DNA of 64,000 nucleotides from Octopus bimaculoides (taxonomy: Eukaryota): contig NC_068983.1 in assembly GCF_001194135.2 (NCBI RefSeq), forward strand, positions 89,928,385 through 89,992,384, in the 5' to 3' direction. Positions 52,190 through 64,000 of the stretch are shown here, one piece after another. Within the stretch, counting starts at the first letter, position 1; every line of letters begins with the position of its first letter. The notes under the pieces are model-generated. The model was not told the origin of the DNA, made no database searches, and saw nothing but the letters and a program-made list of their open reading frames with translations. Position numbers and translations under genes: made by a program.

Positions 52190-55100
52190 ATTGGAGTTCA
52201 ACTTTAATGGACATGTTGGGTAGCATTCCTATGGATTCCATGGTGTGCATGGTAGTTATGGCTTTGGTACCAGGAATGAAGAAGGTATAAGGCTACTTGA
52301 GTTCTGTGATGCAAATGATCTTTTGATCTGCAACACTAACTTTAGAAAGCCAGCGAGCCACCCAATTATTTATCAGTCTGGTGGGAATATAAATCAGGTT
52401 AATTACCTTCTCACCGGGCATGGAGACAGGCAGATGCTCACAAATGCGAAGTCTTTCCCAGGTGAAGAGTGTACACCCCAACAAAGGCTACTAGTTAGTG
52501 ACTTCAGAATTCGGGTTAGAGAGACTCAAAGACATAAACCACTTTGGAAAAGAAGATTATGGGAGCTCAAAGACCCAACAATCCAACAAAAATTTAGAGA
52601 CATTCTACTGGAGGCCTCTGATGATAGAGTGGAGGAGGAGGAAGGGACATATAGCTTAGAGGACAAGTGAAAGTTCCTGTGGTACAATTTACTGTGTGCT
52701 GCTGACCAAATCTGTGGTTGGTGCAAAGTCCCAGCTAGGCCGAGGGTAACTTGGTGGTGGAACAAAGAGTTGGACAGTGTTATAAAAGCAAAGAGACAGA
52801 CCTGGAAGGACTGGAAAAATAATGGAAGCAAAGCAGTATATCAGGGAGCCAAAAGGGAGGATAGGTGACAAGTTTACATAGCAAAAGGAATAGCAGAAGG
52901 TAAGAAGTTTGCCAATGTTCTGCAGTGTGAGGATCAGAGACGTGAGGTGTTCAAAATTGCAAAGCAGTGCATCAGAAAGAATAGAGATGTGGTAGGCGAG
53001 AAATGTGTGTAAATGGATAATGGAATGTTTGCACTTAGTTACTCAAAGAAAGATGCATAGAGATGCTATTATGAAAGTTTGTTAAATGTGGAGAATGATT
53101 GGGAGAAGGAGAGTCTTTCAAATATCGAACCAACTGAGGGACCAGCCATCAGAGTAGATAGCAGTATAATAGATAGGGCAATTAAGAAAAGGAAGATCAG
53201 GAAAACACCTGGACCATCAGGTATCATTGCCAAGATGATTAAAATATCAGGTAGTGTGGGATACAACCTAGTCACTTGCATAGTTAATCAGGTTATTCAG
53301 AAAGGCATCATCCTCAAAGACTGGTGTAGCAGTATTATAGGCTAATTTGGTGGACTCTAAGGTAATGCCTTAGATAGAAACAACTACAGGTGTCAAACTG
53401 CTGGATCAGGTCATGAAAATTAGAGAGAGAGTTATATTTCAACTAATTAGAGGTAGAATTCATGTAGATGAGATGTAGTTTGGTTTTGTTCCAGAGAGAA
53501 GTACCACAGATGCCATCTTCATAGTGAGATAGTTGCAGGAAAAGTATTTGGCCAAAAGTAAGCCATTGTACTTAGCCTTTGTCGACCTGGTGAAGGCTTT
53601 TGACAGGGTTCTCCGCTCTCTGATTTGGTGGGCTCTAAGGAAGTAGGGAGTAGAGGGGTGGCTTGTCAGAGTGGTTCAAGCCATGTACAGTGATGCTGTC
53701 AGTAAGGCGAGAGTTGGCCTTGAATACAGTGATGAATTTAGCACACAAGTTGGAGTACTCCATTCTTATTCATCATAGTTCTCCAGGTGATAACAGATGA
53801 ATTTAAAACTGGATGCCCATGGAAACTACTATATGCTGATGATTTTGCTTTTATTGCAGATTCTTAAGCAGAATTGAAGAAGTTCTGGGTTTGGAAGCAA
53901 AACCTGGAATCAAAGGGCCTTAAAGTTAACTTAGCTAAGACTAAAGTTGTTATTAACAAGAAAGGAGATAAGACTGTCATTCTGGCTGGCAAATGACCCT
54001 GTTCAAGGAGTGGGATGTAATTCCATTTGTTGCACGAAGTGTAAGCTATGGGCACATAAGAGATGCAGTGGAATCATGTGAAGGTTTATCAGATAAGGTC
54101 ACTTTCATGTGTGACAAATATGCAGGAACAATAAGTACTAAGAGCACAAGGGACTTAAACTTTCTAAAATGCTCAGAAAGCTTTCTTGAGCTAGCAGATA
54201 GTTTCTGCTATTTCAGTGACCAAATTCGTAATCGTGGTAGATGCTTTGAAAGTATTGTTTCTAAAATAAGAATAGAATGGAGCAAGTTTAGAGAACTACT
54301 ACCTCTGTTGGTAGGAAAAGGATTCTCTCTCTGAGTGAAAGGTAGATTGTATGATGCTTGCATGAGAATGGCTATGTTACATGGTAGTGAGACATGGGTT
54401 CTGACTGTGGAGGATATGTGTAAGCTGGAGAGGAACAAAGGTAGTATGCTCCACTGGATTTGCAACATCAGTGTGCATGACTGATGAAGCACAACTGTAT
54501 TGAGAGAAACGTTAGGCATAAGTGGGATTAAATGTGGCATGCAGGAGAGGAGAATGTGTTGGTTTGGACATGTGATGCATATGAGTGAAGACAACTAAGT
54601 GCCTATCACTGAAAGTGGATGGTACCTGTGGAAGAGGGAGATCCAGGAAGACATGAGATGAAGTGGTGAGGACCGATCTTATGATGTTGGGGCTCACAGA
54701 GGAAATGACAGTGGACCTAGATGTTTGATGATATGAAGTTCTAGAGAAGACCCGTCCACAAAACTGAGTGCTAGAAGAGTTGTGTCCTACCCACTCTACT
54801 CTATGAAATCGAACTACAACTCCTCTTCTAACTGCATCTTTCTCTTCCTTACATTTCCACTTCATAAATTATGATTGTTTTCCAATCCCCTTTCTCATCC
54901 TCACTGCCCTGCTCTCCTCACCCCAACACCCACTTCCAATTTTTCTAACCAGGTTCTACACTCACCCTAACACTACACCATCTCTCTTCTGTTCTCTCTT
55001 GCACTTTTGCTGTTTCCTACTATCTCTATTTCCCTTTGGTCACATAAACACACACACACACACTCTATCTCTGTTTCCTCATATTTTTTTCCTCTGACTA

Positions 55101-55670
55101 GGTAACCAATTATTTCCTTTACATCAGCACAGTTGTTTCTGGCTTCTTTCTTGTACCTCTCTCTCTCATTGGGTAATCATGTACCTCCTCTATAGCAAGA
55201 CACCTATTTCTACCTTTCTATTTCCCTGTTACAATCTAATCTTTCATCATTTGATACTGGATCATCTCCTCTAATACCCTCTCTAATGCTCACCTGCTTC
55301 TGTCTGTCTCTTTGTCACACACTAACCTTTCATCCTCTGATACAAGTTCCCCTCTTCAAATGCCCTGCTCCTCTCATAATTGTGAGTTATTTGGTTACCC
55401 TACTAGTACGGGTGCTACATTAAAAGCATCCAGTCCCTGTGGTTGGCATTTGGAAGGGCATCCAGCTGTAAATATTATGTCAAAACTAATCTCACCTGTG
55501 CTAGTGCCACATAAAAAACACTGAGTCCACTCTGGAGAGTGGTTGGTGTTAGGAAGGGCATCCAGCTGTAAAATCCCTGCCAAAACAGACACAATAACCT
55601 AGGGTAGTTTTTCTACCTGGCCGGCATGCATGGAAGATGGATGTTAAATGACGATGATAACGAACCAAGA
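52190..55670 (+). mobile_element. Long degraded RTE LINE (endonuclease C-half, RT, 3' UTR)
   Basis: YGFGTRNEEGIRLLEFC, LAFVDLVKAFDRV, YADD (tatgctgatgat), HGSETW; 3' UTR with duplicated ggaagggcatccagctgta; many stops. Confidence 0.9.
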
Positions 55671-56559
55671 AAATGGCTTGCTTGCAATGAAAGAGAAAAC
55701 AAATGGTAAAAAACAAAAGAGAGGTGAATGCTATTTTATTCTCAGGTGTTGGGAATAACTCACTTCAGTGCCTTTATTACTCCTTGACTCTCATTACTTT
55801 CCTCTTTCCCTATTACCTCTTTCAGCTTTATTTCACATACCACTCTACCCACACGAGATAGCAATGCATTTCCTCCTACTCAACTCTTACCACAATCACA
55901 TTACTCCCTTTCTCTCTCTCTCTCTGATCCCCTGTCCCACATATCTGATACTATTTTTCACTTATCTACCTGTTACCTCCTTCCCTAAAATTGTCCATAT
56001 TTGTCTTTCCTCAAATCACTCTCTTTAAATAAATAAATCTGTGTAAGTCCAAGAACTACCTTAGACCCAGACCAATCATTCCACTCATGCTGCAATGGGA
56101 AGCAGATTGATCTACCCTGTTAGTGAGTTCACCTACTCAACCTAGTCCATCACCATTACAACTCTGCTCCTCATCCTTCACACGAATCCCCTTCTCTTCT
56201 CCCATGTTTCCGTTACTACAACTCCAACACTGTCCCTTTTGTTATTCTTTACATTTTCATCCCCACACACCCATACATCTGTTCCATTCATTATGGGGTT
56301 TTTTTTTACAAGCTGTAAGGCAACCCCAACAGTACTGATACTACAAAAAGCACTCAGTACACTCTGTACATGGTGGATAATCAATCTGAGCAACAACACA
56401 GAGCTTAAATTAAAAATAATTGTGCTGATGGGAAAGTAACTGTTGTAGTACTGGTACAAGAAAATGTATCCAGTACACTCTATAAATTGGATGGTTATAG
56501 AAAGGACGGCTTCCGTGCTAGTGACCCATAAATAGCACCATTTGAGCATAATCGTTACC

Positions 56560-56835
56560 AGCATTGCCTTCTAGCACTTGTGCTGATGGCACATTAGAAA
56601 ATCATTCGAGCGAGGTCATTGCCAGTACCATGTGACTGGCCCTCGTGCCGGTTTCACGTAAAAGCACCCACTACACTCTCGGAGTGGTTAGCCTTAGGAA
56701 GGGCATGGAGCTGTAGAAACTCTGCCAGATATGGAGTCTTGTGCAGCCTTCTGGCTTGCCAGTCCTCAGTCAAATCGTCCAACCCATGCTAGCATGGAAA
56801 GCGGACGTTAAACAATGATGATGATGATGATGATC
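56560..56835 (+). mobile_element. RTE 3'-end copy, followed by an inverted-side/adjacent second tail remnant
   Basis: Same 3' UTR as 14010 and 45452 copies; hairpin 56784-56797; second hairpin-like ccatgtcagcatgg near 56919. Confidence 0.8.
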
Positions 56836-57394
56836 CAACCATAGAAACCATACCAAAAATGAGATAATGAAGCGAGAAATGATTTTCTGACCTATTACAT
56901 CCTGCCAAACCATCCAACCCATGTCAGCATGGAAAACAGACAGAAAATGATGATGTTGATGATGATATCCTGAAGTGAGAATTGTGAGCATACATACAGC
57001 ACACCTCAGCATTATAGAAAAGTTGTTTTCCTGAAAGCTTTGCGATAACATGGAATACTACAATGCAAGAACCAATTTTTCCATTGATATCTATATTATA
57101 AACTGAAATGCATTCTTAGAACTTTTTTTGGTGTTTGTGAGTGGGCATGTAAAATAATCACATTTACACATGAGAATAATCATTTTTAAACACATACAAT
57201 ATACATAAAAATATCTGAAGAAAATTACATTAGGGAATAAATAAAAAAATTTTGGTATTCACATTCCAATTTGCTTGTCAGTCCACCTCTCAACAATATT
57301 TGCTATAGCGAGATATATTTCCCACAGAAGACTGAAAACAAACAACATTGCTTATACAACTGTACTTATATGATAGTTGCTTACAACCATCACA

Positions 57395-57600
57395 CTATGT
57401 CAAGATAAAGATACACACAAACACACATATTCATAAATATGATGGGCTTCTTTCAGTTTTTGTCAACCAAATCCTCTCACAAGGTTTTGATTGGCACAAG
57501 AACATAGAAGACATTTGCCCAAGGTGTCATACAGTAGGAATGAACCTGAATGAATGAAACTACATGAATGGGAACCAAGCTTCTTAGATATATATATCCA
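57395..57600 (-). mobile_element. tRNA-derived SINE fragment
   Basis: gatgggcttctttcagttt..cacaaggttttg..gacatttgcccaaggtg matches the 23185-23525 family. Confidence 0.7.
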
Positions 57601-57734
57601 ACCTGCATCTAGTAATGATTTTTAAAAATAATTGTCAAAGTAGATTGTGCAGGGAAAGGGTATAATCAACTGAATGAACATTAGCAACTTATATATTATC
57701 ATCAGAAGAACTATGAGCTATCAAAAAAGACATC

Positions 57735-57768
<34 letters not shown>

Positions 57769-57901
57769 GCAATAACAACAATTTAATAACATGATTTCAA
57801 GAATAATATACTTATTGCATTATATAACTAGTATGACAGTAAAAAAATGAATGCACATCAAAGCAAAATAATACAAGATGTTTAAAAAGCAAAGTATTTA
57901 C

Positions 57902-58921
57902 CGGATAGTTGTAACTTGAACTATACTGTCCAGTTCGAGGCTGGCTATTGTAACTTGAAGTTCCATGGCTCGTTGAGTAACCAGAAGACACTCTGTCATA
58001 TATGTAACTTCCAGATGACTGATTTGATTGACTTGCCTCTGGTTCATTCAACAGGCTGCTTCTTTTGGATGTATCATAACTGTATGTACCCCTGCTCAGT
58101 CTCTGAGAAGTTGTATCACTGTAGTTCCTATTGTCAGAGGTGTAAGAACTGTTAAGAGATCCAGATCTACCAGCTGAGAAAGAACTGCTGGAATTGGACT
58201 TACTCACTACTGGAGGGCTTCCAAGCAATGAATCTGCTCCCATCATAGCAGTCTTGTCTTTACTGACAGGTGTGGTTCTCTGATTGGAGTTGGCATTGCC
58301 CTTGTTAGAGGCCATCTGCTGAGCTGCAGCTAGAACTTGTAAATTACGCATAAAGTTAGCAGCTGCTACCATGTTTTGATTAAAGTTTCCAAACCCTGGA
58401 GAACTACCTGTTTTTTGATTAGGGTTAGGAAGAAGACCAGGCTTGCCAATAGCATTGGTAAGTGATGGAATATTCATGCTTGGCGAGCCACCCCAGTTGC
58501 TCTTCTGCTGTTGGTTTGAGATGAAAGCACCAGTTTGGGAAGTATTCTTGTCACTTCCTTGATTCAGGTTTGCTGCCAACCCTTGCAGATTATTGCTGTT
58601 CTGCATTGTGCTCATTAACTGACCAAGTGCCATCAATTGCTGGATGTTCAAGTTTTGAATTTTCTGAACATCAGAAACTGGAGTCTGGTTAAATGGTACC
58701 TTAACAGATTTTGGTAAAGAGGCATTTCCTTCATTGAAGCCAGTAGGTAGGGGATTCACATCTTGGTTTTGTCTTTTGGCAGCACTTGCTCTTTTGTCAT
58801 CTGATGATGGTTCTTTGTTCATTTGAGACATTAAATTCTGAACGAGGATGTTAGCTTGAGCAGTCATAGGGTCGCCCAAGAGTGAAGGCTTCTGTCCTTT
58901 GAGGACAGCTTGAAAGTTGGA
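57902..58921 (-). CDS. RAVER1: RAVER large low-complexity exon with PTB-interaction-like motifs (340 codons)
   Basis: ttttgcatag|TCC .. CCG|gtaaat; 1020 nt, phase 0-0; contains SLLGDP, GLLPNP, SLLGSPP; splices in frame to the RAVER C-terminal exon via four intervening exons. Confidence 0.88.
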
Positions 58922-60638
58922 CTATGCAAAAGAACAAGAAAATAATTAGCCAGAAATATAGTTGAAATGCTGAAATTAAAAACAAAACTTTCAAGAGAAA
59001 TAAAAATTTACTTTCTCCAGACATTCTTATAAGTCAGATATGAGATACACCAATAATTGATTAGCAACAGGAAGACTCACAATATAAGAACAGATAACTA
59101 ATGATGGTATCATTAGTGAAATGATGTAAAAGCACAAATGATATATTGTCTCTTGTTAGAGACAATGAGGTCCAAGTGTCAGATTACTTACCTCTGCTAG
59201 GTTCAAATGTTACTATTGCAAACACAGTGCTGTATTCCAAAATAAAGTACACAATGTTTCTTGCTTCAGTTAATCTGTCTAGGGTTAGGGACATTCTGTA
59301 GTGGTTGATTTGGCCCAGTTCATTTGGTCTCACTAATTTGGTACTGAATTCATTTGGCATTGGAGGTTTTGGCCCTATTTTGATGCTAAGAAAATTTTGT
59401 TTTTATTCCGCATAACTAACTTCTAGAGGAACATTACTCAATTATCAAATAAAGAATTGAATAAAATTATATCATTTCATAGATAGTATAGCAATCATAT
59501 GTTGCTAGAGGGAGGTAGGATAATTTCTCAACACCTAATTTTATTTTAGACTATGATGTTGCATTAATCTTTGTCCACAATTTCACCAAAAGCACAGTTG
59601 ACATTATGAAAATGTTCTGAAAGTTGAAACCAATTTCATCAACATTTATAGTTCTGTGCTAAAACAGTATTTATACTGGTTTTGAGTTTGAATTTTACAA
59701 GTGTCACCTAAGTGCTTACTCCAGTTTGTCGAGCTGTGGTAGGAAAAAAATTTCTTCAACAAAAGAAATCTATCCACATGTGTGTGTGAGGGGAATGTAA
59801 ATCAGATATTCTTTATTTTTTTTACTATATGTTTTATTGCTATATTTGCAATTTTAAACTAACCATTTATGCACGAAGTAAATTAGTGAAAGATTGAACC
59901 CAAAGAAGTATATATTCCTTTTATTATAAATATAACTACAATTTCTGTACATAGAGAATGGATTACTGTAGTGCACAGCTATCTCTCTCTCTTCCACATA
60001 CACATATACCCACATTTTCTTTATTACATTGCAAGTAAACAAGTCCACCAAAGCCATTTTCTCTCTCACCACAAAAAAGCTAAAAAGGACATATGTTTTT
60101 ATTGTTAAAGACATGTTTTGTTAGGTAACAAGTCTGTGGGGACAGTCTAAAAGCTTCAGTACATTTCAAGAAACACATGCATAAAAGTAAGTGGTGTGTG
60201 TATATACACATAGATGAATGAAAAAAACACACACATGCACATGATTTTTATGCTGCTTTTTTACTCCATACTGAAATAAATTGAATGAGATTTACTGAGA
60301 CAATATTCCATGGCTGGATGCCCTTCCTGTCACCAACCCTCATTTGCTTTTCAAAGATATCTTTATTTCATTGCTCTTCACACATGTAAAACCACCAAAT
60401 AGATGGATGTATCATTTACAGAAACATTGCTGTTGCTCAAATAGTACTACTGTGAAAGACACATGAAATCAAATGGTTCCCACACAATTTTAGGCCACTA
60501 GTGACAAAATTTCCTTCACAAGTTATTGATAAACCCAAGGAAATAATATAAAGGCATTCCAGGTGCCACACAATATGGTGGAAGCTGAAACTCTGGTTTC
60601 AAAGCAAACTTTGTAATGGTACAAATACTGTCTGTGCC

Positions 60639-60651
60639 AGAGAGAGAGGGA

Positions 60652-60699
<48 letters not shown>
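60639..60699. repeat. (GA)n microsatellite
   Basis: Direct reading. Confidence 0.9.
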
Positions 60700-60701
<2 letters not shown>

Positions 60702-62838
60702 ATTTATGCTTATAAAAACCAGAACATGTGCATAGTTTTCACTGTTTGTTACATGCAATATGACTAGGTTTACTGAATCAAAAGAGAAATCAATGCTGTT
60801 CTTTCTTGGCTAAAACAAAGAGGGTTAGCATGGTATATCTGAGTGCCTCAAAATATTAGACTGAAACCTTTGCATCTTTGTGTCATATCTTTTACTCAAA
60901 AATTGTGTGCACGTGTGTACACAACTTGATAGTCACATAGGTTACTTCATTACAGCTACAAACCTGGTGCCTAGTCATTAAAAACAAGGAAGAATGGGTA
61001 AAGTCAAGAGAGAAATCAAATATTTCAACTCAATTTCTATATCAGAAGGCATGAGAACAACACAAATATTGAGTCAGGAGGGAAGATAGTGCCACAACCC
61101 TTTATAAGGCCTCCAAGAGTGATGGGAGGGAAGAAGGTATCCTCAAATTGGAGACCTGGCCCAAATATTTGCAACAGCGTGGCCTATCCTAATGGCATCA
61201 AAATAAGCCATGGTAGATTTGAACTCAGAATGCACAGCAGGAACAAATACTGCAAGACATCTGATCTGTCATTCTTGCAATTCTGCCAATCCACTGTTCT
61301 GGAGTGGTACTTTATTGACCCCAAAGGACTGCAAGGCGAAGTTCAGCATGACAGGATTTAGACTTAGAGCACAGAGATTCAAAAGGCATTCTACTCAATA
61401 TTCTAACAATTGTCAATATGTCATCTTTTTACACAACATTCTTCATTAGTACAACAAATTTAATGTGTACTTCATGTTATAGTAAAAGATGTGGTAATTT
61501 CATTAATATGTTATAGTGAACATGTACTAATAATTTCTAAAGTTAGCATGTCTAGAACTTTTAGAAAAGGCAATAAGTTAAATTACCCTTGTATTTGACT
61601 GCTGTTTTACTGATCTTGAAAGTCTAAAATGCAAAATCAGTCTCAATGGGATATGATGATAAAATGTAAACAGATGTAACTAAATAATCCAACACATTTT
61701 ATCTATCAAGAGCCATAACTATCACATGACACTTTGATGCTCCAAAGGTTATGCTAATTCACTGGTTACTCAAATACTAAAATGAATTTTTTAAAGACAA
61801 TTATGCTAAAGCTTTAAACAGAAAAATAGAGTTGAGAAAGGAAAAAAACAGTTAAAAAATGTACTAAAGGAGAGGGGAGCAGTCAGATGGGAAAAAAAGA
61901 AACAGACAGAACAAAAGACAATGGAGTTAAGAAAAGATTTAGAAGGGAGGAAAATTAAATAGGTAAATAAAACTTTGTGAGACCTCAATAAATGGAGGAA
62001 AAGATTTTAAATTGGGAAAGGGTTAGTGAAGCTGAGAATGAAGTCTTCTGGAGCACAACAAATTTTGTGAATAGATAGTTTAACTTGTTTTATACAAATC
62101 TGCCCGAGGCTGGCTCTCAGTCTAGGGTACACAAGTTTAAGTTATTTTAATTTAAACCTTGCATCATGATTTTATGCAAGATGTATTTTCATTGATTCAA
62201 GTACCAGAATAGTAATGGAAAATTCACTATATCAAACACTGCTTAAAAAAAAAAACAAGCAAAAAAACAGTTATTGTATTTCATTAAAAATAGAATTAAA
62301 TCTGAAGATCAGAAGGCAGTTTCTATTCCATCTTCTGAAAAATTAAGATGAATTGAGCCAGGATCTGAGTAAACATGTTACAGGTAACAAAAAACTCCAC
62401 AGAAAGTATTTTTTCCTCTGACAGACAGGTATGCTAGGAAATTCTGTGTGTGTGTGTGTGTGTGCGTGTGCATGCATGCGCGTGCACACACACAAGTGGA
62501 TGAATAAACACCAAATAACATTAACCCTTTTGATATAAACCCACATAAAACTGCTCTTGTTCTCCAATTTGAAAGTGATGTAAATTAAAACTTTCTATCA
62601 AAATTCCATGCTAATGTTCTTAAACATAGCTTAATAATGACAGTTATTTTATACTAAATTCTTCATTACTTTCAAAATTAATTGAAACAAAGGCAGTGCA
62701 TGCTGACAGAAATATGGTAATGTGGTTCAATAAATATCAAAAATAGTATAGCACCTTCTAGCACAAAATGTCTTGCAATATTTGGCTACATTCCCATATG
62801 ATCTTGAAATAAACTGTGCAGGTCAGCTTAGCCTTTCT

Positions 62839-62843
<5 letters not shown>

Positions 62844-62909
<66 letters not shown>

Positions 62910-62929
62910 NNNNNNNNNNNGAGAGAGAA

Positions 62930-62979
<50 letters not shown>

Positions 62980-63004
62980 TGAGAGACACACACACACACA
63001 CACA
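62844..63004. repeat. (GA)n(CA)n compound microsatellite with small gap
   Basis: Direct reading. Confidence 0.9.
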
Positions 63005-64000
63005 CTTTGTGTCAATGTTAGAAATCATTAATATCCTTTTAGAATACCAGATTGTGCTTTCCTATTGTGAGAAAGTGAGAGTATTTAAGCCCCTCCCTAC
63101 GATGGATGTTACTGAAATGCTATTGATACCATTTTGGACAGAACAGCAAACTTTTGAGTCATTGGCTTTCTTTGGAATCACATTTGGCTGCTATATCTAT
63201 GACGAATACAAGGAATTGCAAAGCTTTGTGCTCCAGTTAAAATCAACTTTTCAATTGAAACAGATGAATACTTATGATGGCTAATTCCTGTACATAATAA
63301 TAATAATAATTATTATAAGAATTTCTTACATTGGCACAAAGGCATATATTTGCAAGAGAGAAGAACTGTTGATCCAATCAACTACAGTACACAACAAATA
63401 CCTATTTTATTGATGCTAGGAGGATGAAAAATATGAGTCAAATTTCCAGTCAAAAGCAGTGGAATAAATTACAGAACTATTATAAGATTTATTCCAATGC
63501 TCTAAGTTCAAGAGACATTACAGTTCAAAACAATGAATACATCTGTACTAAAAGGGAAGAAAGACAAAATTTACAAAGTAAGATGTATACATATAGAGTG
63601 CGTGCAATAGAAATCATGCCAATGAATAAATTTGAAAATAGATTAAATTAATTAAGCTTTTTAGGCCTTTATTCTGATATGAGTATGTACTCTGAGCACA
63701 CATGCATGAAAGTATTAATTTACATGTCTGTTATGTATCACCATCATCAGTGTAACATCCTTTTTTCATGTTGACATAATTGCTCATCTGTGACACGAAG
63801 CCATTTATCATGTTCTTCGTATGCTTGCCTTTTGAAATCTGAACCTTACATTTCTTTATTGCCTCCCTTCACACATCTTTTATGGTTTTCTTTCTCTAAA
63901 CAATAAATACCCATTGTTGTGAATTGGTATCACAGACAACCAATCTGTCAATTTCCTATAATTGGCACTCTACCAATGAGTTAACACTTTTGTTCTCTTC

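Noticed and set aside
57812-58879. 355-aa ORF as a stand-alone intronless gene
   Set aside because: Its start is a TTG 42 nt inside an exon with a strong acceptor, and its last 29 residues read through a GT donor; it is an internal RAVER exon.
59000-64000. RAVER RRM exons
   Set aside because: No RNP1/RNP2-like translation with splice sites found on the minus strand; treated as intron.

Overview
AT-rich, repeat-dense animal genomic DNA with short-read assembly gaps; the SINE, RTE-tail and TTAA-MITE families look cephalopod (Octopus-like), which is recognition, not a database result. Two spliced host genes converge tail-to-tail. (1) + strand: a vasa/DDX4 DEAD-box helicase. Seven confident exons (2045-15649) join in frame, keep all helicase motifs and end in the acidic EEEELWE* tail; two more small upstream exons are tentative and the start codon is not identified. 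(2) - strand: the 3' two-thirds of a RAVER1/2 (PTB co-regulator) ortholog, six phase-0 exons 58921->31569, recognised from the vertebrate-like C-terminus [10 protein letters not shown]...[20 protein letters not shown] and an SLLGSPP PTB-binding motif; its RRM exons were not found and presumably lie beyond the right edge. The rest is transposon material: piggyBac elements and MITEs, RTE LINEs, a decayed Gypsy with an RTE nested in its LTR, a Penelope-like relic, a non-autonomous Helitron, maT/mariner relics, SINEs and microsatellites. No rRNA, genuine tRNA or CRISPR. Most interesting: an Arg-free Tyr/Ser/Asn prion-like module built from four symmetric exons in RAVER; an RTE copy lacking exactly a GT..AG segment (possible spliced retrotransposition); a PHD-type finger inside the RTE ORF2 RT region; and a piggyBac-saturated vasa with an atypical N-terminus. 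I found no clearly new multi-component system.
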